Below, in pieces: positions 54,208 to 64,000 of a stretch of DNA of 64,000 nucleotides. The stretch covers positions 160,001-224,000 of the forward strand of contig CAWJRJ010000017.1 of assembly GCA_963845245.1 (NCBI GenBank), in the 5' to 3' direction. The translations under genes and the position numbers were made by a program. Source of the stretch: Nitrospirota bacterium. Its GTDB lineage: Bacteria; Nitrospirota; JACRHJ01. The stretch's first letter is position 1; every line of letters starts with the position of its first letter. The notes under the pieces were generated by a model, which worked only from the letters and a program-made list of their open reading frames with translations, had not been told where the DNA came from and searched no databases.

Positions 54208-54904
54208 ATGGAGCAGCCGCCAAAGCCGGTCGTCGAGATAAAAGGCCTCAGCAAATCGTACCTGAGGGGTAGCCAGGCTGTGCCGGTGCTTGAGGATATC
54301 AGCTTTGATATCATGGAGGGCGAGTTCGTCGCGCTTATGGGGCCGTCCGGCTCCGGCAAGAGCACGCTTTTGAACCTCATCGCCGGTCTCGACAAGGCGG
54401 ACTCCGGCATCGTCAGGGTAGGCGGAGTTGATATAACCGGCCTCTCCGAGACGGACCTTGCCTCCTGGCGCTCCGTCGAACGTCGGCTTCATCTTCCAGT
54501 TCTACAACCTCATCCCGGTGCTCACCGCGCTTGAGAACGTGGTGCTTCCGCTTCTTCTTACAGGGCTTTCAAAGAAGGAAAGGATAGAGCACGCAGTCAC
54601 CGCGCTCACCGTCGTCGGGCTTGGCGACAGGATGGACCATTACCCTTCACAGCTTTCCGGCGGCCAGCAGCAGCGGGTCGCTATTGCACGCGCGGTAGTG
54701 ACCGACCCGGAGATAATCGTTGCCGACGAGCCCACGGGCGACCTGGACAGGCATTCGGCGGAAGACGTCTTAAGCCTCATGGACAGGCTAAACCGCGAGT
54801 CCGGCAAGACTATTATTATGGTGACCCACGACCCCAGGGCCGCCGAAAAAGCGCACGTGCTCAGGCATCTTGAAAAAGGGGTGCTCACGGATGTTCCTTC
54901 TTAA
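54208..54904 (+). CDS. ABC transporter ATP-binding protein, MacB/LolD type (frameshift near 54475)
   Basis: [34 protein letters not shown]. Confidence 0.92.
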
Positions 54905-56050
54905 GCTCCTCCTAAAAAACGCCTTCAGGCACAAGCTCAGGACGGCCCTGACCGTGACCGGCATCGCTATCGCCATACTTGCCTTCGGCATGCTGCGCAC
55001 GGTGGTGGACGCTTGGTACGTTGGCGTGGAGGCCTCCTCCGCCACCCGCCTTGTCACCAGGAACTCCATATCCATAATCTTTCCCGCTCCCGCTTTCTTA
55101 TAACGAAAAGATAAGGCAGGTCGATGGGGTAAAGGCGGTCTCCTACGGCAACTGGTTCGGCGGCACCTACATAAATGAAAAGAACTTTATCGCCTCATTC
55201 GCCGTCGAGTCGAAGAGCTACCTCAAGATGTTCCCGGAGCTTATGCTCCCGCCCGACCAGGAAGCGGCCTATATGGCGGATAGGAAAGGCTGTTTTGTGG
55301 GTCGGAAGCTTGCGAAGCGTTTCGGCTGGAAGATAGGGGACACTATCACCCTGAAGGGCAACATTTTCCCTGGGAACTGGGAGTTCGTCCTGAGGGGGAT
55401 CTACAAGGGCAAATACAAAAGCACCCCCGAGGACCAGTTCAGGTTCCACTGGGACTATTTAAACGAGACGCTCAAGAAGACAGTGCCCCGGAGGGCGGAC
55501 CAGGTCGGTTTTTATATGATAGAGGTGAAAAAACCGGAACTTGCAGCGCCGGTCGCGGTTAAGATCGACAACATGTTCAAGAACTCGCTTGCTGAGACCA
55601 TAACCGAGACAGAGAAGGCGTTCCAGCTTGGATTCATAGCCATGACCGAGGCGATCGTGATGGCCATAAAGATGGTGTCTTACGTCGTCATAATAATCAT
55701 AATGGCGGTGGCGGCAAACACGATGGCGATGACGGCGAGGGAGAGGATAGGGGAGCACGCGGTATTGAAGACGCTGGGCTTCGGTGCGCCGTACATAGTG
55801 CTTCTCGTGTTCGGGGAATCCCTGGTCGTCTCTACGGCCGGCACTATTTTGGGGATAGTACTGACTTATCCCGCTGCCGGAGTGTTTGCCGACAAGCTCG
55901 GGGATTGGTTCCCGGTCTTCAACGTATCGCAACGTACAATTTTTATGGATATAGCAGCCGGGATTGTAGTCGGGCTTGACGGCGGCGGTGTTCCCGAGCT
56001 GGCGGGCGGTTAGGCTTCGCATAGCCGACGGCCTGAGGAGGATAGGATAG
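54891..56050 (+). CDS. ABC transporter permease, FtsX/MacB type (frameshifts)
   Basis: [32 protein letters not shown]. Confidence 0.88.
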
Positions 56051-56051
56051 A

Positions 56052-57219
56052 GTGTCCATCCTTTTCTTTTACAGTTTCAGGAACCTCCTGACAAGAAGGC
56101 TTACTACGGCCCTGACCGCGGGCGGGATGGCGCTGGTGGTGTTCGTGTTCGCGTCCGTGCTGATGCTTTCGGAGGGTCTTGAAAAAGACGCTGGTGGATA
56201 CCGGCTCGTACGACAACGTTGTCGTGATAAGGAAGGCTGCCGAGTCCGAGGTACAAAGCGGGGTGGAGCGTGTGCAGGCATCGATAATGGAATCCCAGCC
56301 CGAGATCGCGGTGGACAAGGACGGGGTAAGGCTTCTTGCAAAGGAGCTGGTGGTGCTTATAAACCTTCCCAAACGCGGCAGCGACAAACCTTCCAATGTG
56401 GAGATAAGGGGGGTTGCGAAGAAGTCCATGGACCTTCGGCCGCAGGTGAAGCTGGTCGAGGGCCGGATGTTCAGGCCTGGTTCCGCTGAGATAATAGCCG
56501 GACGGGGCGTGGCAAAACGCTTCAAGGGCGCCGGTCTGGGTGAGACTATCAGGTTCGGGATGCGGGACTGGACGGTGGTCGGGATATTCGATGCGGGCAA
56601 CACCGGGTTCAACTCCGAGATCTGGGGTGACGTGGACCAGATGATGCAGGCGTTTCGGAGGCCCGTCTATTCCTCCGTGATATTCAAGCTGGCCAACCCT
56701 TCCGATTTTGAGAAGTTCAAGACGCGCGTTGAGTCCGACCCGCGCCTCTCAGTAGATGCGAAGCGGGAGAACAAGTATTACGCGGACCAGTCCGAGATGA
56801 TGGCGAAGTTTCTGAGGATACTGGGCATCTCGCTAACTGTCATATTCTCGATCGGCGCGGTGATCGGCGCAATGATAACAATGTACGCCGCGGTGTCAAA
56901 CCGGGTGAGCGAGATCGGGACGTTGCGCGCGCTGGGCTTTCAGAAGGGGAGCATTCATGCGGCGTTCCTTATGGAGTCTTTGCTGCTGGGGTTTATCGGG
57001 GGATGCGCCGGGCTGCTCTTCGCCTCGTTCCTCCAGTTCTTTACGATATCCACTATGAACTGGCAGACATTCTCGGAGCTTGCATTTACCTTCTCGCTCA
57101 CTCCGGAAATCATCTGGAAGTCTCTGGTATTCTCGCTTGTGATGGGGCTGGTGGGCGGGGTGCTTCCTGCATTCCGCGCCGCCAACATGAACATCATCGA
57201 GGCGCTCAGGACGAGCTGA
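56052..57219 (+). CDS. ABC transporter permease, FtsX/MacB type (frameshift near 56178)
   Basis: RNLLTRRLTTALT, MYAAVSNRVSEIGTLRALGF, PAFRAA..NIIEALR. Confidence 0.88.
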
Positions 57220-57276
57220 TAAGAAAAGGGCTGGCAGTTAGCCAGCCCTTGGATTTGTTTTTCAAACTTCCAGTTG

Positions 57277-57915
57277 TCACGCCACCTTCGGGATGTCCCG
57301 CTTCTCTTCGGCAATTACTGATTTTTCATGCTCGTACGATGATATCGCCGAGAGTATGCCGACCCTGCCTCCGCTGTATGCTGCTATGAAGTTCAGGATC
57401 AACCCGATGAAACCGGCAATGGCCGCGTTGGTGATCATTACCATGGTCTCGTTTGAAACAACCGCGTTTCCTACCATGTTCATCAGCCCTTTTCCTACGA
57501 TGCCGTTGATGCCGGCATAGAGGATGCTTAACGGGTTGTTAAGCATCGAAAGGGAGAACACGGTAACCAGGCCCCACACCACGACGCCGTGCAGGCTCCC
57601 GATCAACGGGGTCAACGATCCAGACAGCCTTCCGCTTACCCAGCCGCCTCCATAAAATGCGAGTATGGCCGAGATGCCCAGCCATAAGTCGACGCCTGCC
57701 GTCATCTTGCCAATAGGCGAGATCAGCATGGAGGGCGTCAATGCCCCTACAGCCAATCCGAACATGCTAAGGCTGGCCAGGATTACAAGCGATGTGAACG
57801 CGCCGGCGAAAATGGCGCCCCAAGATGTATGTTTGATCAGACTCTTATCCGTCTCTACTCCGTAGGTCTTTACGGTATTGAAGACTCCTTTTTTTATCCC
57901 ATATCCGATTGCCAT
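57277..57915 (-). CDS. Hypothetical four-TM membrane protein
   Basis: SWGAIFAG, GGWVSGRLSG, HGVVVWG motifs; RBS upstream. Confidence 0.78.
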   Translation of the reverse strand: MAIGYGIKKGVFNTVKTYGVETDKSLIKHTSWGAIFAGAFTSLVILASLSMFGLAVGALTPSMLISPIGKMTAGVDLWLGISAILAFYGGGWVSGRLSGSLTPLIGSLHGVVVWGLVTVFSLSMLNNPLSILYAGINGIVGKGLMNMVGNAVVSNETMVMITNAAIAGFIGLILNFIAAYSGGRVGILSAISSYEHEKSVIAEEKRDIPKVA

Positions 57916-58059
57916 ATCTATACCTCTATTCCTCTGTTCTGCCTCCCTATTAATATATTATATTACTTTGATTAGATTAGTCAAGTATCTGGAGGGCAAA
58001 TTGAACGGCGAAAACAAAAAAGGGCTGCGGCAATCTGCCACAACCCTTAGATGGTTTTA

Positions 58060-58135
58060 TGGTGGAGCTGATCGGGATCGAACCGACGACCTATGCGTTG
58101 CGAACGCATCGCTCTCCCAACTGAGCTACAGCCCC
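58060..58135 (-). tRNA. tRNA-Ala(CGC)
   Basis: Reverse complement GGGGCTGTAGCTCAGTTGGGAGAGC, ATGCG-TTCGCAA-CGCAT, GTTCGATCC, G3:U70 pair, CCA end. Confidence 0.96.
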
Positions 58136-58274
58136 TCAAAGGCCTCTAAAGTACCAGAAAAAAAATCCACCGTCAAGAGAAAAGGGGCGAAGTATGCATT
58201 TTCCCTTGCCTTTTTTTACCCTCCGCTATATCATTATTGTTTTTAAGCAAACTTCATGAAAGGGGCTTTTCTTA

Positions 58275-60934
58275 ATGCCGAAAGAGCTGGAAAAGGTTTA
58301 CGAGCCGCGTTCCGTGGAAGACCGCTGGTACAAGGAGTGGGTGGAGAAGCAGTACTTCCATGCCGACCCTGCAAAGGACGGAAAGCCATTCTCTATAGTC
58401 ATCCCGCCGCCCAACGTAACGGGCGTGCTTCACATGGGCCACGCCCTGAACAATACGCTCCAGGACGCCCTGTGCCGCTGGAAGCGGATGGCGGATTCAA
58501 CGTCCTTTGGATGCCAGGCACCGACCACGCGGGCATCGCCACCCAGAACGTCGTGGAGCGTCAGCTTGCGGCCGAGGGTACGACCCGCCACGCCTACGGA
58601 CGTGAGAAGTTTATCGAACGTGTCTGGCGTTGGCGCGAGGAGTCCGGCGGCACGATAATAAACCAGCTCAAAAGGCTGGGCGCGTCCTGCGACTGGGAGC
58701 GCGAACGCTTCACGATGGACGAGGGGCTCTCCCGCGCGGTGCGCGAGGTGTTCGTCAGGCTTTATGAAGAGGGCCTGATATACAGGGGCGACTACATCAT
58801 CAACTGGTGCCCCAGGTGCATGACCGCGCTTTCCGACCTCGAGGTCGAACACGAGGACAAGGGCGGAAAGCTTTATTACCTAAGCTATCCTCTCAGCGAC
58901 GGTTCCGGCCATGTGATGGTCGCAACCACCCGGCCCGAGACGATGCTTGGCGATACCGCCGTCGCGGTGAACCCGGACGACGAACGGTACAAGAAGCTTA
59001 TCGGGAAACGTATCACGCTGCCGGTCTCAAACCGCGACATACCCATTATCGCGGACGCGTATGTTGACCCGGCATTCGGCACCGGCGCGGTAAAGATAAC
59101 CCCGGCGCACGACCCGAACGACTTCGAGATAGGCCGGAGGCACAACCTGCCGATGGTCAGGGTGATGAACGACGACGGCACGATGTCGGATGAGGCCGGG
59201 AAGTACAAGGGCCTTGACCGCTTCGATGCGAGGGCGAAGCTGTTGATCGAGCTTGACCGCGGCGGCTTCTTAGAGAGGGTGGAGGAACACGCGCATTCCG
59301 TCGGCCATTGCTACCGCTGCAGGACGGTCGTCGAGCCGTCGGTCTCGAAGCAGTGGTTCGTGAAGATGAAGCCTCTTGCCGAGCCAGCCATCGAGGCGGT
59401 CAAGAAGGGCGAGGTACGCATAATCCCCAAAAGCTGGGAGAACACCTATTTCGACTGGATGAACAACATCCGCGACTGGTGCATATCTCGCCAGATATGG
59501 TGGGGCCACCGCATACCCGCGTGGTACTGCGAAGAGTGCGGCGAGGTAATAGTCTCGCGCGAGGACCCGGTCGTCTGCACCAAATGCGGCAGCCGCAAGA
59601 TCACCCGCGACCCGGACGTGCTGGACACCTGGTTTTCCTCGGCGCTCTGGCCGTTCTCCACTATGGGCTGGCCGGACAAGACCCCGGAACTCGACCTCTA
59701 TTACCCGACGACCGTGCTGGTGACGGCCTTCGACATCCTGTTCTTCTGGGTCGCCCGTATGATAATGATGGGCATCAAGGTAATGGACAAGCCGCCTTTC
59801 GCGGACGTCTATATCCATGCGCTCGTGCGCGACGCGCAGGGCCAGAAGATGTCCAAGTCCAAGGGCAACGTCATAGACCCGCTCGTCATGGTGGACAAGT
59901 ACGGCACCGACGCGTTCCGGTTCACGATGGCCGCGATGGCCGCGCAGGGCCGCGACATAAGGCTGTCCGAGGAGCGCATCGAGGGCTACAGGAACTTCTG
60001 CAACAAGATATGGAACGCCGCGCGGTTCATACACATGAACCTGGGCGAGTTTGCAGGCCACGCCGCTTGTGAAGGATGAGCTTACCACGCTTCCGGACAG
60101 GTGGATAGTGAGCCGCATGAACGCCGTCGCAGCCGAGGTGGACAAGGCGCTTACGGATTACCGCTTCAACGACGCGGCGAACGCGCTCTATCAGTTCGCA
60201 TGGCACGAGTTCTGCGACTGGTACCTGGAGCTGATAAAACCGGTGCTCTATAGCGATGACGGCCCCGCGAAGAGGGCGACGCTCAACTGCCTCGTCAACG
60301 TCTTCGAGAAGACGATGCGGATGCTCCACCCGTTCATGCCGTTCATCACCGAGGAGATATGGCAGAGCCTGCCGCTCACAGGGCAGCCCGCGTCCATCAT
60401 GATAGCCGAGTTCCCGGTTCACGACCCGACGTTTGTGGATGCCGAGGCCGAGGCCGGGATAAAGACCCTCGTGGATATCATCACCGGCATCAGGAACATC
60501 CGGGGCGAGATGAACATCAACCCGTCCGTGGAACTTTCGGCGAAGGTCAAGGTGCTTCGTCCCGAGTTGAAGGATTCCATTGAGGCCAACTCGAACTACA
60601 TCCTCAAGCTCTCAAGGCTCAAGGATATCGAGGTGGGTCTTGACACCGCGAAGCCGAAGATGTCCGCCGTCGCCGTAACCCCGGAGACGGAAGTCTATGT
60701 GCCGCTTGAGGGCGCTGTCGATATCGACGCCGAACTCGACGCGCCTTAAGAAAAGAGATAGACAAAGCCGAGAAAGAAGTAAAACCCTTCGAGGCCAAGC
60801 TGGCGAACGAGGGCTTCGTGAAGAAGGCCCCGCCCGAGGTGCTTGAGAAGACGCGCGGGATAATCGAAGAGCTGACGCAGAAGAAGGATAAACTCACCGA
60901 GAGCTTGAACAGGCTGGAGGGGATGAGAGAATAA
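58275..60934 (+). CDS. valS: Valine--tRNA ligase (three apparent frameshifts)
   Basis: [43 protein letters not shown]-terminal coiled coil. Confidence 0.96.
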
Positions 60935-61776
60935 TGGACCCGTTCATAGTAAATGAAATTATCTCCCGCGCACTCGCCGAAGACATCGGCCACGGCGATA
61001 TAACCACGCAGGTCACGGTTGACCCGGAGGCGGAAGGCAAGGCCATTATCGTTGCCAAGGAGGACATGGTCCTCTGCGGGCATAGACGTATTCCTGGAGG
61101 TATTCCTTACGCTCGACCCGAGGATTGACTTCTCCTGCGAGTTCATGGACGGGGACGTCATAGCGAACGGGAACATAATCGCGGAACTTGCGGGGCCATC
61201 TGGCGACCCTGCTGACGGGCGAGCGCGTCGCGCTTAACCTGCTCCAGAGGATGAGCGGCATAGCCACTCTTACGTCTAAGTACGCGCATGGCTGTATCCG
61301 GCACGAAGGCGCGGATACTCGATACCCGCAAGACCACGCCCGGCCTTCGGGTGCTTGAGAAATACGCCGTAACCGTGGGCGGCGGCCACAACCACCGCTT
61401 CGGCCTGTCGGACGGCATACTGATAAAGGACAACCACATCGCGGCGGCAGGCGGCATAAAGAAGGCCGTCGAGTCCGCAAGGGACCTGGCCCCGCACACG
61501 CTCAAGATAGAGGTCGAGTGTAGCACCATCGCGCAGGTCAATGAAGCGCTCGCCGTCGGAGCCGACATCATAATGCTTGACAACATGGACAACAAGACGA
61601 TGAAGTCCGCCGTGAAGACGATTGCGGGCAAGGCGCTTGTTGAGGCGTCCGGGAACATGTCCCTTGAGCGCGTGGCCGATGTCGCCAAGACCGGGGTTGA
61701 CTTCATTTCCGTCGGGGCGCTCACACACTCCGCGCCCGCAATAGATATCATGCGAGTTAAATCCTGCCTCCACTGA
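60934..61776 (+). CDS. nadC: Nicotinate-nucleotide pyrophosphorylase (several frameshifts)
   Basis: ALAEDIGHGDITT, DTRKTTPGLR, NHRFGL, IKDNH, IMLDNM, EASG, SVGALTHS. Confidence 0.92.
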
Positions 61777-61796
61777 CGGAGTAGCAAAGTGATTGT

Positions 61797-62771
61797 TTGT
61801 CAAACCATTCAGATAAAATCCTCTCCTTATTAATCAAACACAAAGACTCCTATACCTCCGGCCAGACCATGGCCGACAGTCTGGGAATAACCCGCGCCGC
61901 AATATGGAAGGCGATCGAGAACCTGCGCGCCGACGGCTACGAGATCGAGTCGGTAAAGGCGAAAGGCTACAGGCTGAAGGGTGTGCCGGACATCCTGGGC
62001 GAACGCGAGATACTGCCCGGCCTGAAAACCGGGATACTCGGGAAAAGGATTATCTGCCTACCAGAGGTTGACTCGACGAACGCGTACGCCGCAAAGCTTG
62101 CGGTGGACGGCGAGCCGGAGGGGACGGTCGTAATAGCGGAACATCAGACTGCTGGCAGAGGCAGGCTCGGCAGGAAATGGGTATCGCCTCCCGGAGTGAA
62201 CATCTATGCAAGTATCATCCTGAGGCCGAAGGTCCCGCCGAGGGATGCGCCGCTGATTACGTTTGTCGCCGCCGTCGCACTCGCGCGGACGGTGAGGGGG
62301 CTGTACAATATTGACGCGGGCATAAAATGGCCCAACGACCTGCTGATAAACGGCAGGAAGTCCGCAGGCATACTGACAGAGATGAGCGCAGAGCCCGAGC
62401 TTGTCAGGCACATAATACTTGGTGTGGGGATAGACGTTAACATGCCGCGCGATGCCTTCCCGAAAGAGATAAGAGATATCTCGACATCCATCATGCTTGA
62501 ACTGGGCGGGAAGGTGAACAGGGCGGAGCTTCTGAGGCGTTTCCTTGAAGAGCTTGAGATAAGCTACCTGATGATGGTCGATGGCAGGCGCGCGGAGATA
62601 CTGGACGAATGGCGCTCCCTTTCGGTAACACTTGGGCGCAATGTACGGGTGACAAGCCTGGCAGGGGAGAAGACCGGTTTTGCGCGTGATATAGACCAGG
62701 AAGGTGGATTGATTCTGGAGGTTGACGGAAAGCTTGAAACCGTGACCAGCGGGGACGTGGGGTTTGTTTGA
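61797..62771 (+). CDS. birA: Bifunctional biotin ligase/repressor
   Basis: N-terminal wHTH, DSTN, QTAGRGRLGRKW, KWPND, GIDVN. Confidence 0.95.
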   Translation: MSNHSDKILSLLIKHKDSYTSGQTMADSLGITRAAIWKAIENLRADGYEIESVKAKGYRLKGVPDILGEREILPGLKTGILGKRIICLPEVDSTNAYAAKLAVDGEPEGTVVIAEHQTAGRGRLGRKWVSPPGVNIYASIILRPKVPPRDAPLITFVAAVALARTVRGLYNIDAGIKWPNDLLINGRKSAGILTEMSAEPELVRHIILGVGIDVNMPRDAFPKEIRDISTSIMLELGGKVNRAELLRRFLEELEISYLMMVDGRRAEILDEWRSLSVTLGRNVRVTSLAGEKTGFARDIDQEGGLILEVDGKLETVTSGDVGFV

Positions 62772-62986
62772 GAAAATGAAAAGGAAGGGACCCGTCACAT
62801 AATACTTATTTTGGTTTTCACCATTTAGGTATATGTGATTTCCCTTCCTCATCTATAGGCAAGGCGTTTATGTTATACTTACTTGGGTTTTAACCTTTTC
62901 TGTATATTTATTTTCCTTGCCTATTGATTACAACTATAGCAGATAATTTTAGTTTGTCAAATCGTGTCAATTCGGGCCGGAAAATC

Positions 62987-63881
62987 CTACCACCAGCGCC
63001 ATAAGGCTATTATCCCCAGCACCAGGAAAACGATTATGAGGTTTGAATAGGCGAAGAAGTAGAAGACGGCTTTCGGGCCGCCGGGGCCTTTTTTGTGCCC
63101 GGCCACAAGGGTACCCGCCTTCGGAAACGCCAAAAGCTTGACAGTGTCATGAGGCGCCTGCTTTATTTCAGACGAGAGGTCGTTTCCAGCCATGTGTCTG
63201 GTATGTTTGCCGTTCTTCCACAGCCTGCTTTCGGTCACGTCGTATATGATACCTTCGACAGCTACCAGGGCCTTTCTGCCCTCCTTGCCGTCGAACGACC
63301 TCAGCTCGTCCGGAGTCAGCTCCCCGCCGATAGCCACGGGAGCGGCCATCCTCTTCTTCATGCGCGGCCCCAGAACAAAAGTGACGAGTACCGCCGTCCC
63401 GGCCATGAAGAGGTACAGGAATATCTTAATGGAAAGCAGTATCCCGAAACTGGTGGCATAGAAGGATTCCCAGGAGGGCATGCGTGCGTATGTCAGGAGC
63501 GCGCCCGTGACGCCGACCACGGCGATGCCGGTCCAGCCTAGTATCAGTTCGCCTTTAGGCAGGCCCTTTGAGGCGTAAGCGGGCTTGAGCAGTATATGGA
63601 CGTAAAAGATAGTACCAAACCAGACGACTCCGGCAAGTATGTGAAAATATCCGATTATGAGGCGGGCAATGCGTCTGAAAAGTCCAAGCGGGCGGTAGGA
63701 ACCGGTTGAAATTAGAGTCGCCTTAAACTGTTCGCCCAGCAAGGTCAGCTCTCCTCCGCCAAGGGGGTTGACATGGCAGACACGGCATTCAAGGCCTGTC
63801 TTTGCTGCATACTCCTCGGTCGCGAATGCCTGCGAGGCGAACAAGTACAATGAATGCCAATGCAAAAAAAGAAGCTCTCAT
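62987..63881 (-). CDS. Membrane protein with a CxxCH motif, a CopD-like TM region and a cytochrome b5-like domain (indel in the signal peptide)
   Basis: MRASFFALAFIVL/FASQAFA signal; CRVCH; four TM with His residues; ELRSFDGK...YDVT...W.NG.H.RH.AG.DL...APH. Confidence 0.8.
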
Positions 63882-64000
63882 GCGCAGGATTATAGCAAAA
63901 AGATCCGGGTTTTACTAATGTTGTTTCTTTTTTAAAAACTTGCTTTGAACCGGTCTCATTGGTATATTGAGGGAAAAAGGAGGCATGGCATGATATTGAC

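Noticed and set aside
57225..58050. Similar AAGGG...CCCTT hairpins (35422, 39149, 57225, 58019) as a REP, MITE or attC family
   Set aside because: Only the stem bases are shared and their positions fit ordinary intrinsic terminators
39700..58059. att duplicates for tRNA-Glu or tRNA-Ala
   Set aside because: No 3'-end copy was found by eye; a blastn-short search would be needed to exclude a degenerate one
58136..58274. T-box leader for valS
   Set aside because: The region is short, holds divergent promoters and has no T-box motif or terminator
58275..61776. Pseudogenisation or programmed frameshifting of valS and nadC
   Set aside because: The indels lack slippery sites, all catalytic motifs are intact and there are no in-frame nonsense changes; sequencing error is the simpler explanation

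Overview
Bacterial chromosomal segment. Gene content suggests an anaerobic diderm of the Nitrospirota or Desulfobacterota type; this is an inference and was not tested. The left half is mostly housekeeping: mtnA, MCP, mltA, molybdopterin genes, pheA-hisC-aroF-tyrA-aroA-cmk-plsC-rpsA-sppA-ihfB, queA, an RpoS-like sigma factor and apt. It is preceded by a small metal-resistance-like operon. From tRNA-Arg (35.3 kb) to tRNA-Ala (58.1 kb) the region is accessory. It holds a tRNA-repeat-bounded islet, a c-di-GMP-I riboswitch-led membrane gene, bacterioferritin, an HD-GYP/RR/hybrid-kinase operon, a REC-PilZ protein, a DUF4258/MqsA-like toxin-antitoxin pair, a B12 radical SAM enzyme and a MacAB-like exporter. 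valS-nadC-birA follow. More than 15 genes, including the essential valS, carry single-base indels. These look like long-read consensus errors, so I joined the ORF fragments by eye. The best non-obvious signals are: the c-di-GMP riboswitch with a plausible OFF expression platform; a degenerate tRNA-Arg 3'-end direct repeat flanking an integrase-less islet; a promoter- and terminator-bounded candidate sRNA carrying an anti-Shine-Dalgarno sequence; an Fe-S-less RACo-type ATPase next to a MerR/Cys-rich regulator; a cytochrome c-membrane-cytochrome b5 fusion; and several apparently leaderless genes. I saw no CRISPR array, rRNA, integrase or transposase.
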